Part shown: positions 29,631 through 39,548 of the stretch, piece by piece | How the letters are laid out: the number at the start of each line of letters is the position of its first letter | How positions within the stretch are numbered: the stretch's first letter is position 1 | Source of the DNA: an uncultured Acidobacteriota bacterium | GTDB lineage: Bacteria; Acidobacteriota; Vicinamibacteria; Vicinamibacterales; Fen-181 | Reading direction: 5' to 3' | DNA length: 64,000 nt | Assembly: GCA_963717945.1 (NCBI GenBank) | Contig: CAVQXT010000003.1 | Coordinates: 385,880 to 449,879 of the forward strand | Position numbers and translations under genes: made by a program | The notes under the pieces: generated by a model | Seen by the model: only the letters and a program-made list of their open reading frames with translations | What the model was told of the DNA's origin: nothing | The model's database searches: none

Positions 29631-32065
29631 CTACGGGACGATCTGCACCGAGAAGTCGGTGCCTTCCCAGCGATGGTCGTCTGTCCAGCGGAGCGTGAAG
29701 AGCACGGTCGCCCCCGGCTCGAGCGCGGGTGTGGGCAGGTCGGCCACGAACATGCCCACGCCGGTGTCGCGCGTCTCCACGTCGAGCGACGTGCGCCAGT
29801 CGTCGGCGCTCCAGCGCACGGTCGCGGGTTTCGGCGCTTCGATCCTGAGGGTGCGCCCGGCCGGGCACGCGCGGCACTTGTTGTTCAACCGCCATGACAC
29901 GTGCGCCGCCTGGCGTCGCTCGACCAGGTACCGCTGCACGGTCTGAAGAGGCATGTCGAACACGCGCCCGTCGGCGAGCGACCGGCGGAGCTTCACGTAT
30001 TCGGCGTGCGCCCAGACCAGCGGCATCGCCGAGCCGGACGGGCGGCCGAAGTACAGCTCCTTGTCTGGCAGATCGGCGGCGTCCCACACCTGCTCGGGCA
30101 GCAAGCCCCCGCCGCACGCGAACGCCTCGAGCGCGCGAAGCAGGCGGAGAGCCTCGTCGCGCCGGCCCGCCGCCAGCTCGTAGTGGGCGCGCTCGCCCGT
30201 CAGCAGCGGCCACGCCCGCCCGACGCCGGTTCCGTCAAACGGCTCCCCGTCCTCGTGCTCGCCGTAGCCGTCGTCGTTGTACCGGTGCCACGCCGGCCCG
30301 AACGGCGTCTCCACCTTCAGCAGCGCGTCGATCACCTTCACGGTGTCGACGATCCGCGGGTCGTCCGGGGCGCGCAGGCCGAAGCGGACCAGCGCCAGCG
30401 CGTCCGGGCTGACGACCGACCGGGCCGGCTCGGAGCTGTCCGCGACCGGGCGGTTCTTGATCGGCACCCAGCCCTCGTTGAGCGACGCGGCCTCGGCGAC
30501 CTCCGGCGGCGCGATGCGCACGTAGTAACCGCGAACGCCGTGCTGGCGCGCGAGGTCGGTGTCGCTCACGTAGGTCCAGCGCTCGATGCCGTCGTTCCAC
30601 GCGTCGGCCGTCTCCCTCAGGTAGCCGGCGATCGAGGGCTCGCCGTTCGCCTCGGCCTGGTCGGCGGCGGCGAGCAGCGCGGCAATCTCGACCGCGAGCG
30701 TGAAGGGCGAGAGCCCGGGATCCTCTTCCCAGCGGTCCTGCGGCGACACCGGCCCGTTGCGCGACGACGAAACGCCGCGGCCCGGCGCGTCATCGCCCAG
30801 AACCGCGCCTGGTCGCCGTCTTCGAGCGCCCCCTCGCGCCTGGCCATCTCGACGAGGAGGATCGGGAACGCGGTCTCGTCCATCTGGATGCCGCTCCAGT
30901 AGGGCGTGCCGTCGAGCCACATGTTCTGCGGCCAGTGCCCGTCGGCCTCCTGCGTGGCCTCGAGGAAGTGCAGCATCTGGTGCACGTCTTCTTTCGCGCC
31001 GGCGGCGAGCAGGCCGCCGGCCGTCTCCGCCAGGTCGCGCGGCCAGACGAGGTGGTAGCCGCCGATGTCGTCGTCGCCCTTGGCCTGGCCCCACGGCGTC
31101 GCCAGGGCGGCGATCGACGCGGACGGGGCGTGCTTGGATTCGTGCGTGCGCATGACGGCCGCGCTGATGCGGCCGAGATCGGGGGCGCCCGGTGCGACCG
31201 CCATGCCGCGCAGGCCTCCTGGCCTGCCGTCCAGGGCGCCGATCCCGCCAAGCCAGCGCTGCCAGTCGCCGACGTAGAGATCGCGGGCGGCCGCGAAGCC
31301 GTCCAGGAGGCTCGCGCGCGCCTGCTGTCCCGCCTCCGCCGCGGTCGGGCCGAAGCCGAGCGCCAGGACGACCTCGCCGCCCGAGGCGGCGAGGTCGATC
31401 TCGCCCGTCAACGCGACGTTGCCGTTCTCGGCGCGACCGTATTGCCAGGTCATGACGCCGTTCCGCGTCAGGTCCTGCCACCCGTCCGAGGTTCCGACGA
31501 AACCGGCCGAGCGCGCCAGCCACGGCGCCGAGCAGGCCAGCGCGAGCGCGTGGCCGTCCCGCTCGGCGAACAGCATGGGCACGCCTTTGTACTCGCCCAC
31601 CCACGCCGTGTTCCCCGCGCCGTGGTTCGCGAGGTGCGGCGCGAGCAGCGCGTAGAGGTGATAGTCGGCCAGGGCGCCCTGGAGCGGCTCGAACCGGACC
31701 TGTTGCAGCAGCGTGTCGCGCCGCGGATCGGTGAGCACGTCCTTCTCGATGCGGTACCGCCCGTCGACGCACGTGTTGGTCAGCCGGAAGGCGGGCACGC
31801 CGTCGGCGAGCCAGGCGACCGCGTGATTGGCGTGCCGTTTCTCTTCCGAGAAGAACCCCCGTCCGTCGGTGACGATCAGGCCGAGATCGCGCGTGTTGGC
31901 CTGGTCCACGCGCGGGCAGCTCACCTCGTTCAGGATGCCGTGGCTGACGGTGAACCAGACGCGGCTGTCGCGGCCGAGCGCGGTGCCGACCGCGCTCTTG
32001 GCGGCCGACGTCCAGCGCGGCGACAGCCCCGGCCAGCCGGGGGCGGATGCGGTGTCGTCGGTCAT
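29631..32065 (-). pseudogene. GH15 glucoamylase/glucodextranase-family glycoside hydrolase, reading frame broken near 30759-30772
   Basis: - **N-terminal ~430 aa:** from ATG 32065 in the frame of ORF 30617-32866 (MTDDTASAPGWPGLSPRWTSAAKSAVGT...YHLVWPRDLAETAGGLL...ARFWAMTRRAAAF).
- **C-terminal ~375 aa:** in the frame of ORF 29631-31772 (RNGPVSPQDRWEEDPGLSPFTLAVEIAALL...LPEQVWD...).
- Together these make one full-length GH15 protein. Confidence 0.8.
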
Positions 32066-33186
32066 CTGGTCCCCCCTGCGGCCGCGCCCCACTCGACGAC
32101 CGACTTGATCTCGTCGGCCGGGTGCGTGGCCAGCGCCGCGGCGAAGTCCGAGCAGGTGTGGCGGTGCGTGATGAGCCCGGTGACCAGGTCGCGCCAGCGC
32201 AGCATCGCGTAGCCCAAATCGTCGACGGCCATCTGGAAATGACCGCGGGAGGCGTTGACGCTGCCCACCATCGCGAGGTTCTCGAGCACGAGCCGGCGGA
32301 TCAGCTCCGAGCCCGGGATGTCGAGCGGGCGGCTCCCGCCGGGGATGCCGGTCAGCACGTAGACGCCGTTTCGGCCGAGCGCGTCGAGCAGGTCGAACTC
32401 CAGCGACGCGACGCCGGTCGCCTCGACGATCACCTCGACGAGCCCGACCGCGGCAGTCAGCTTGTCGGGGGTCGCCTGCCGCCCATCGACATAGTGGCCG
32501 CCGATCGCGCCGAGCCACCGCGGCCGGGCCGTGTTCGCGTCCACGACGTCGAGGCCGTACACCTCGGCGCCGCGGCGGCGCAGGGCCATCGCGGCCAGCA
32601 GGCCGATCGGGCCGAGGCCGGCGACCAGGCAGCGGCGGCCGTCGAGCCAGTCGGGCGCCGCGCCCGCGTCGGGCAGGCGGGCCGTCTGGACTCGCACCGC
32701 CTCGTCGATCGCTTTCTCGGCCACCGAGAGCGGCTCGGCGAGCACGCCGACCGGCTCCAGCTCGGGCGGCACCTTGACGACGAACTGTTCCCTGTCCACG
32801 ACGAACTCGCACTGGTACCCGTCGAGCCCCCAGATGCCGCGCTCGCGGTAGTCGCCGGTGCTGCACATGTCGGGCCGGTTCATCCGGCAGGGGAGGCAGC
32901 GATCGCAGCCGCGCCTGACCGTGAACACGGCCAAGTCGCCCGGCCGCACGCGGGTCACCGCGCCGCCGACGGCGACGACACGGCCGAGCATCTCGTGGCC
33001 GATCACGAGATCCTGCTGGCCGGCCGGGAGCAGGGCGCGGCCCCCTCCGGCCTCTTCGCGATCGGTGCCGCAGATGCCGACGCGCAGCACCTGCACCTTG
33101 ACGTCGTCGTCGGCGACCACCTGCGGCTCGGGTCGATCCACCAGCCTCACCACCTTGGTTCCAGGGACGACCGCGATGGCCTTCAT
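32062..33186 (-). CDS. zinc-dependent MDR-family glucose 1-dehydrogenase-like oxidoreductase
   Basis: MKAIAVVPG...LRVGICGTDRE...VIGHEMLGRVV...CDRCLPCRMNRPDMC (structural-Zn Cys cluster)...VAGLGPIGLLAAM. The start overlaps the MFS stop and the stop overlaps the GH15 start, both as ATGA. Confidence 0.85.
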   Translation of the reverse strand: MKAIAVVPGTKVVRLVDRPEPQVVADDDVKVQVLRVGICGTDREEAGGGRALLPAGQQDLVIGHEMLGRVVAVGGAVTRVRPGDLAVFTVRRGCDRCLPCRMNRPDMCSTGDYRERGIWGLDGYQCEFVVDREQFVVKVPPELEPVGVLAEPLSVAEKAIDEAVRVQTARLPDAGAAPDWLDGRRCLVAGLGPIGLLAAMALRRRGAEVYGLDVVDANTARPRWLGAIGGHYVDGRQATPDKLTAAVGLVEVIVEATGVASLEFDLLDALGRNGVYVLTGIPGGSRPLDIPGSELIRRLVLENLAMVGSVNASRGHFQMAVDDLGYAMLRWRDLVTGLITHRHTCSDFAAALATHPADEIKSVVEWGAAAGGTR

Positions 33187-34424
33187 CTCGATCCCTCCTT
33201 CTCTGCGCGGCGCGCCGGCGTCAGCGGTCCTGCCCCGGCCGGGGGGGCCGCGATCGCCCACGCGAGGCCGAACGCCACGCCGCCAAGGGCCAGCATCGCT
33301 ACCGCGGTGTAGCCCCAGAGGCTGGCGGCCCAGCCGGCCGCGGCGGCCCCGGCCACGCCCGCCACGGCCGTCGCCGCGTTGAAAATGCCGAGCCCAGCGC
33401 CCTTGCCGACCGGAGACAGCTCCGCCGCCATCGCCGTCCCCGCGACGCTCAACGGCGACCACGCCAGCACGACGACGATGAAGCAGCCGAGCGCGAGGCT
33501 GTCGCGATCGATCAGTCCGGGCGTGTGCCCCAGCACCGCCAGCGCCGCGAAGGCCGCGAGCCGCACCGACAGTCCGGCCCGCAGAACGCGGAGCGGCCCC
33601 CGTTCCTCGGCCCAACGCCCGGCCGGCGAGTAGAGGAGCAGCCCGAGCGTGGCCGCCAGGGCGAAGGCGGTGGACGAGCGGGCGGGCGTCACGCCAAAGC
33701 CCTGCCTCATCAGCACGGGGTAGAGCGCGAAGACCGCGGATGCGCCTCCGAACGAGACCAGCCACAGGAGCGTGAATCCGCCGAACGGCGAGCGCAGCGC
33801 CGAGCGCATCGCGGACAGCGCGCCCGCGTCCGGGTAGTGGAACAGGCGCTGGGGCGAGAGGAGCGACGTCTCGCACTGTCGGACCGGGTGCAGCAGGACG
33901 GGAGCAGGCGAGGCGGACGCCTTCGGCGTCTCGGTCGAGAACCATCCCTGGACGGCGGCTACGGCGGCAATCAGCGATCCCACCGCGAGCCCGGCGAGCG
34001 CGTGCGCGAGGCCGAACACGCCGGCGAGCAGCAGCCCGGCGACCTGGCCGCCCCCGTAGAAGGTCTGCAGCCAGCCGATCCGCCCGTCCCACTCCGACTC
34101 GGGATGGACCTCCACCACGAACAGGTTCGCCACCGTCGCGCTGGCGGCCGCGGCGACGCCGAGGCCGAGGGCGAGCGCCAGCCGCGCGGCCGGCGCGTCC
34201 AGCACGGCGAACAGCGCGACTCCGCCCGAGAGAACCAGGAGGCCGCCCGAGAGCAGGAAGCGATGCAGGCGATAGCGGTCGGCCAGGGTGCCCCATACCG
34301 GGGCGCTCAGCCCGCCCAGGCTGAAGGCGGCCATCACCAGGCCGACCTGGCCGGGGTTTCCGCCGCCGCCGGCCACGAGCGGCAGGGCAATCGGGAGCAG
34401 GCCGGCCACGACCGCGCCCTGCAT
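33183..34424 (-). CDS. MFS transporter
   Basis: 413 aa with about 12 hydrophobic segments and the MFS loop motif GTLADRYRLHRF. It is the first gene of the sugar operon. Confidence 0.85.
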   Translation of the reverse strand: MQGAVVAGLLPIALPLVAGGGGNPGQVGLVMAAFSLGGLSAPVWGTLADRYRLHRFLLSGGLLVLSGGVALFAVLDAPAARLALALGLGVAAAASATVANLFVVEVHPESEWDGRIGWLQTFYGGGQVAGLLLAGVFGLAHALAGLAVGSLIAAVAAVQGWFSTETPKASASPAPVLLHPVRQCETSLLSPQRLFHYPDAGALSAMRSALRSPFGGFTLLWLVSFGGASAVFALYPVLMRQGFGVTPARSSTAFALAATLGLLLYSPAGRWAEERGPLRVLRAGLSVRLAAFAALAVLGHTPGLIDRDSLALGCFIVVVLAWSPLSVAGTAMAAELSPVGKGAGLGIFNAATAVAGVAGAAAAGWAASLWGYTAVAMLALGGVAFGLAWAIAAPPAGAGPLTPARRAEKEGSR

Positions 34425-34509
34425 GGCGTAGGCGGCGTACCACGGCTCGATGAGAGAGGTCGACGTATGAATTTAGTGTAAACGAGTCATCGGAACTGAC
34501 GATGAGGAA

Positions 34510-36621
34510 TCACTGTTTCCTGGCGGCCCGCGCGTATTCGAGGTTCGTGCGCGCCTCGGCCAGGTCGGGCTGCCACCGCAGCGCCTCGGTGAACTCCGCG
34601 ATTCCCTCGTCGATCCGCCCGACGGTCGCCAGCGCGGTGCCCAGGTTGGCATGGGCCTGGGCAAAATCCGGCTTGAGCCGAATGGCGGCGCGGTACTCGC
34701 TCATCGCGGCGTCCAGCTGCCCCCGGCCTGCCAGCACGTTTCCGAGATTGAAATGGCCCTCCGCGAAATCCGGATGGAGCCTGAGCGTCTCGGTGAACTC
34801 GGCGGCGGCGGCGTCGACGCTCCCCGTGCCGAGCAGGACGCGCCCCAGGTTGTAATGCGCGTCGGCATCCTCCGGCGCCAGCCTCACCGCCTCGCGCAGG
34901 TGCCCGAGCCCTTCCTGCGCGCGCCCGTGTTCGGCCAGCGCCAGGCCGAGCCGCGTCTGCGCGTTGGCGTAGTCGGGCCAGCGCGCGACGGCGTCCTCGT
35001 AGGTCGCGATCGCGGCGTCCGCATGCCCAAGCTGGCTCTCGGCCATGGCCAGGCTCACGCGCGCTTCGCGGAGATTCGGGTTGATCCGAACCGCTTCGAT
35101 GAGATGTGGCAGCGCCTCCACGGCTCGGCCGCGCGCGAGCAGTGCCTCGCCGAGGTTGTTCTGCGCGCCGGCGAAGGACGGGCTGATCCTGACCGCCTCG
35201 CTGAACCGCGCGATCGCCTCGTCCAGGCGCCCCTGGAGCCTGAGCTGGAGGCCGAGGCCGTCGAGGGCGACGAAGTTGTTGCGCGTGACCGCCAGCGCGT
35301 GCTCGAACAGCGTCGTCGAGGTGCGCCAGACCTGCACCTGGTTCCAGGTGAGGATCGCGCACGCGACGGAGAAGACGGCCGCGAGACCGGCGAGCGGAAC
35401 GCGCGTCCACGGCCGCCTCGCGGCAATCTCGGCGGCGCCCCACGCGATCATCACCGACAGGCCGATCGCGGGAATGTAAGTGTAGCGGTCCGCGCGCGCC
35501 TGGCTCCCCACCTGCACGAGGCCGACGACCGGCACCAGCGTCCCGAGATACCAGCCCCAGCCGACGGCCAGGTAGGGGCTCGCCGCGAGCCTGCGCACCA
35601 CGAACACCGAAACGGCGGCGAGCGCGGCTACCGCGAAGGCCGTCTGCCACCACGGCATCGCCGGCTCGTAGGGATAGAACACCGCCAGGCCCTTCGGCCA
35701 GCAGAACGACGCGGCGTAAGCCACGTAGGACCAGAGGGCATTGGCCACGCGCAGGCCGGCCGGCGCGCGATCGAACGGGACGACGGCGCCCGCAGCGTGC
35801 TGCGCGACGTAGGTGACGATCGCGGCGGCGGCCGTCAGGGCGAGCAGCGGCACTTTCTCCAGGACCAGGCGGCGTACCGCGCGTGATTCGCCGGCGGCCG
35901 GCCGCAGGCGGCCGAGCGGCCACACGTCGAGCAGCAGGAGCACGAACGGCAGCGTGACGATCATCGACTTCGACAGCAGGCCGAGGACGAACGGCACCGC
36001 GACGAGGAGATACCGCCGCCAGCCGGGCCGCCTGACGTAGTGCGCGTAGCCGACAAAGGCCAGCATCCAGAACAGGCCGCTCAGCACGTCCTTCCGCTCC
36101 GCCACCCAGGCCACCGACTCGACGTGCACCGGGTGGATCCCGAACAGGAGGGCGACCAGGGCGCTCGGCCAGCGCGCGCCGGTCATCCGCCTCATGGCGA
36201 CGAACAGCAGGAGGGTGCCGAGCGCGTGCAGCGCGAGATTGGCCAGGTGGTGGAACCCGCTGTCGAGGCCGAAGGCCGACACGACGGCCATGTGCGAGAT
36301 CCAGGTCAGAGGAAACCAGTTGCCGTCGTGGAAGGTGGTGAGCGCCCACTGCACGCCGGCCCAGGTCAGCCCGGCCTTGACCTGCGGATTGGCGGTGACA
36401 TATTGCGGGTCGTCGATCGAGAGGAACCGGCACCCGGAGACCTGGCTGTAGACAATGATGGTGGTGACGAGGATGATCGCCGCGAGGCCGACGTCCACCG
36501 GGCGCCAGCGGCCCGCCGCGCCCACCAACGGTTCAGGCGGCCTGACGCCCGCGCGCGGCTGGCCCGCCTTCTTTCGCCTCGGTTGTTCCGCGTCGCGCCT
36601 CCGCGCCGGTGCCGCACGCAT
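34510..36621 (-). CDS. GT-C fold glycosyltransferase (PMT/TMTC-like) with C-terminal TPR repeats
   Basis: Trimmed to the ATG at 36621. The N-terminal multi-TM region contains FLSIDDPQYVTANPQVKAGL...FHDGNWFPLTWISHM...GIHPVHVESVAWVAERKDVL, typical of TMTC/PMT_2-like enzymes. At least 8 TPR units follow (e.g. AIARFSEAVRISPSFAGAQNNLGEALL). Confidence 0.85.
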   Translation of the reverse strand: MRAAPARRRDAEQPRRKKAGQPRAGVRPPEPLVGAAGRWRPVDVGLAAIILVTTIIVYSQVSGCRFLSIDDPQYVTANPQVKAGLTWAGVQWALTTFHDGNWFPLTWISHMAVVSAFGLDSGFHHLANLALHALGTLLLFVAMRRMTGARWPSALVALLFGIHPVHVESVAWVAERKDVLSGLFWMLAFVGYAHYVRRPGWRRYLLVAVPFVLGLLSKSMIVTLPFVLLLLDVWPLGRLRPAAGESRAVRRLVLEKVPLLALTAAAAIVTYVAQHAAGAVVPFDRAPAGLRVANALWSYVAYAASFCWPKGLAVFYPYEPAMPWWQTAFAVAALAAVSVFVVRRLAASPYLAVGWGWYLGTLVPVVGLVQVGSQARADRYTYIPAIGLSVMIAWGAAEIAARRPWTRVPLAGLAAVFSVACAILTWNQVQVWRTSTTLFEHALAVTRNNFVALDGLGLQLRLQGRLDEAIARFSEAVRISPSFAGAQNNLGEALLARGRAVEALPHLIEAVRINPNLREARVSLAMAESQLGHADAAIATYEDAVARWPDYANAQTRLGLALAEHGRAQEGLGHLREAVRLAPEDADAHYNLGRVLLGTGSVDAAAAEFTETLRLHPDFAEGHFNLGNVLAGRGQLDAAMSEYRAAIRLKPDFAQAHANLGTALATVGRIDEGIAEFTEALRWQPDLAEARTNLEYARAARKQ

Positions 36622-36709
36622 GGCATAAGCATAGCCGTACTCTGTTATCGTATCCTTCGATCCGGCGCGCCAAGGTTGTCGTCCCCGCTTCTTCCTGGTG
36701 GAGGTGCCC

Positions 36710-38344
36710 GTGTCCGACGCGTGGCTCGAGATCAATGAGGGATCGGGACCGCACCGCGTGCCGATCGAGAAGGACGTCTTCACCGTCGGGCGCCGGGCTG
36801 GCAACGACCTGAAGCTGAGCGCCGCCGACATCTCCCGCGAGCACGCCGAGATCGTGCGCGACGGCGAGGGCTTCCTCATCCGCGATCGGCAGTCGAGGTT
36901 CGGGACCTTCGTCAACGCGACCCGGGTGACCGAGCAGGTCCTGAAACACGGCGACGTCGTCCGGCTCGGCCAGGGCGGCGGCATGGAGATGGTCTTCTTC
37001 TGCGAGCCGGTGGCGCCGCTGCGCGCGTCGAGCGGAACGCCGGCCGAGCGCACGATCACCTCTGCCGGCGGCGACCTGCACCAGGTGGCCGCGCTGCTCG
37101 AAGGGCTCCGCGCCCTCGGCTCGGCGCGGCTGCTCGACGACGTGCTGGCGCTGGTCATCGACTCGGCCATCGACCTGAGCGGCGCCGAGCGAGGATTCAT
37201 CATGCTCGCCGACGGCGAGGGCCGGCTGGAGTTCAAGCTGGCGCGCGGCCGCGGCCGCCTGACCCTGCCGGGGCTGACCTTCGAGACCAGCCGCAAGATC
37301 CCGGAAGAGGTCTTCCAGACCGGCACGACCCGCGTGGAGCTCGACCTGCTCGACGGCGGCGTGGCGGGCGCCCACGCGAAGACGATCGCCATCGGCATCC
37401 GGCACGTGTTCTGCGTGCCGCTGCGCCTGGTGCGCTACGTGGACAAAGAGGACAGCCTGTCGGAGCCGCGGCGGATCGGCGTGCTCTACCTCGACAGCCG
37501 CGAGCGCGGGACGCTCGCCTCGAGGGCGATCCACGGCGGCCTCGAGACGCTGGCCACCGAGGCCGCCGTCGCCATCGAGAACGCCAGGCTCTACCGCGAG
37601 GCGGTGGAGAAGGCGAAGATGGAGCAGGAGATGCGGATCGCGGCCGAGATCCAGCAGGCCCTGCTGCCGCCGCCCGAGTGGTCGGCGGCCCATTTCGAGG
37701 CGGTCGGCCGGAGCGTGCCGTGCCGCGGGATCGGCGGCGACTTCTTCGAGTACCTGACGATGGCCGACGGGTCGGCCGGCTTCGTGGTGGCCGACGTGTC
37801 GGGCAAGGGGGCGCCGGCGGCGCTGCTGACGGCGGTCACGCAGGGGGCGCTGGCGACGCAGACCTCCTTCGGCGGCGGGCCGGCGGACGCGCTCGCGCGC
37901 GTCAACCAGGTCCTGATCCGCCGCGCCACCGGGTCGCGCTTCGTCACGCTGTTCTTCGCCGCGCTGTCGGAGGACGGCCGCCTCACCTGCTGCAATGCCG
38001 GGCACAACCCGCCCATCCTCGTCTCCGGGTCCACGGTGCGCCGGCTGGAGACGGGCGGTCTCATCTGCGGGCTGTTCGAGCACGCGACCTACCAGGAAGA
38101 GACGATCCAGCTGCAGCCGGGCGACGTGCTGCTCATTTTCAGCGACGGCATCTCGGAGGCGATGAACGCCGCCGGCGACGAGTTCGGCGACGATCGCATC
38201 GTCAGCTGCCTGCAGCAGCACGCCCGCGCGAGCGTCAACGAGGTGCTCGAGTGCCTCGTGCAGACGGTCAAGTCGTTCGCGTCCGGCACCGTGCAGAGCG
38301 ACGACATTACGGCCGTCGTCGTTCGCTACCGCGGCACACCGTAG
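36710..38344 (+). CDS. FHA-GAF-PP2C (SpoIIE-type) serine phosphatase
   Basis: - **FHA:** FTVGRRAGNDLKLSAADISREHAEIV...RFGTFVN.
- **GAF:** central region.
- **PP2C:** EIQQALLPP...GGDFFEY...VADVSGKGAPAALLTA...SDGISEA.
- GGAGGTG precedes the GTG at 36710. Alternative GTG codons lie at 36698 and 36704. Confidence 0.88.
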   Translation: MSDAWLEINEGSGPHRVPIEKDVFTVGRRAGNDLKLSAADISREHAEIVRDGEGFLIRDRQSRFGTFVNATRVTEQVLKHGDVVRLGQGGGMEMVFFCEPVAPLRASSGTPAERTITSAGGDLHQVAALLEGLRALGSARLLDDVLALVIDSAIDLSGAERGFIMLADGEGRLEFKLARGRGRLTLPGLTFETSRKIPEEVFQTGTTRVELDLLDGGVAGAHAKTIAIGIRHVFCVPLRLVRYVDKEDSLSEPRRIGVLYLDSRERGTLASRAIHGGLETLATEAAVAIENARLYREAVEKAKMEQEMRIAAEIQQALLPPPEWSAAHFEAVGRSVPCRGIGGDFFEYLTMADGSAGFVVADVSGKGAPAALLTAVTQGALATQTSFGGGPADALARVNQVLIRRATGSRFVTLFFAALSEDGRLTCCNAGHNPPILVSGSTVRRLETGGLICGLFEHATYQEETIQLQPGDVLLIFSDGISEAMNAAGDEFGDDRIVSCLQQHARASVNEVLECLVQTVKSFASGTVQSDDITAVVVRYRGTP

Positions 38345-38365
38345 AAGGCTCAAGGCTCAAGGCCC
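38345..38365. repeat. heptamer tandem repeat (AAGGCTC x2 + AAGGCCC)
   Basis: Read directly. It lies between convergent stops at 38344 and 38391. Its reverse complement, TGAGCCT, matches the heptamer family at 53314. Confidence 0.8.
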
Positions 38366-38390
38366 ATGGCGGGGCTCCGGGCGTCGGGCC

Positions 38391-39548
38391 TCATTGCTTG
38401 AGCCCCTTGGCGAGCGCTTCCAGATAGGCCGCCAGGTTCTTCATCTCGCCGGGCTCGAACTTGGGCCAGAACGAGGTGCGCTCGGCCATCGTGCGGTGCA
38501 TCGCGGGGGCGTGATTCCACATCGCCGAGGCCAGGCCGGCGCGGTCGGTGCGCCGGGCCAGGCCGGCCAGGTTCGGCGCGCCGCCGCCGTCCTTGTGGCA
38601 CGACGCGCAGCCCTTCCTGTCGAACACCGCCGCCCCCGCCTTCGGGTCTCCCTCCTGCCCCACGTAGCCGAGGAAGTAGAGGTCGGCGATGAGGTCCGCC
38701 ATCTCCGTGCCGGTGAACTGCGGGAACCTGATCCCTTTCGCTCCCATCCGCGCGCTCATGGCGTAGCTGTGGTCCCACAGCAGCCCGGTGATCTCGGACG
38801 CGGTCTTCGAGAGCGTCGAGCGGGCGAGGTCCGGCGCCGACCGCCCGGGTCCGTCGTGACACGCGCCGCAGCCCTTGCTCCGGTAAACCGCCGCTCCCCT
38901 GGTCGGGTTCGGCAGCGGCTCCAGGACGACGTCGCGTCCCGGCCGCTGGCCCTCGGCGCGGATGAAGGCCTGGATGTCGGCCATGTCGTGCCCGGAGAAC
39001 TCCGGGATCGGCGTGCCGGTGCGCACCTGCGCCTGCTGCATGCGCGGGCCGGCGTTCCACATCGCCTGCGCCAGCGCCGTTGACGACGTGAAGGCGCTGA
39101 AGCGATCGAGCGCGCCGCCCATGTCCCCGCCGCGCTTTCCGAGCGAGTGGCAGCTGACGCACTGCAGCCGGGCGTAGGTCTGCGCGCCCCGCGCCGCGTC
39201 GCCCGGCTCGTCGAACAGGCGCAGGTAGTAGAGGTAGCTCAGGATGTCGGCCATCTCCGCCGGGTCGAGCGTCGGCCACGCCTCGCCGAGCCGCGACACC
39301 CGGTCGATCATCTGCGGCGTGTGGTTCCAGAAATCGCCGACCAGCTCGTAGAACGACTTGCCGGCGACCGCCACGCTCATCTCGGGGCCGAGGTGCCCGC
39401 CGTGGCCCCAGACCGAGTGGCACTCGGTGCACCGCTTCTCCTCGAAGCGCTGCCGGCCGAGGAACGGGTTGCCCTCCTGGGCCGACGCCGGGCCGGCCGC
39501 GAGGGCCGCCACGACGGCGGCCGCCGCCGCGAAGGCTCGTGTGCTCAT
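38391..39548 (-). CDS. tetraheme c-type cytochrome (four class I-like domains), periplasmic
   Basis: Signal peptide MSTRAFAAAAAVVAALAAGPASA. Four CxxCH motifs (CTECH, CVSCH, CGACH, CASCH) are spaced about 100 aa apart, and each is followed by a W(N/D)Hxxx M-type segment. The start overlaps the NrfD-like stop as ATGA. Confidence 0.9.
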   Translation of the reverse strand: MSTRAFAAAAAVVAALAAGPASAQEGNPFLGRQRFEEKRCTECHSVWGHGGHLGPEMSVAVAGKSFYELVGDFWNHTPQMIDRVSRLGEAWPTLDPAEMADILSYLYYLRLFDEPGDAARGAQTYARLQCVSCHSLGKRGGDMGGALDRFSAFTSSTALAQAMWNAGPRMQQAQVRTGTPIPEFSGHDMADIQAFIRAEGQRPGRDVVLEPLPNPTRGAAVYRSKGCGACHDGPGRSAPDLARSTLSKTASEITGLLWDHSYAMSARMGAKGIRFPQFTGTEMADLIADLYFLGYVGQEGDPKAGAAVFDRKGCASCHKDGGGAPNLAGLARRTDRAGLASAMWNHAPAMHRTMAERTSFWPKFEPGEMKNLAAYLEALAKGLKQ

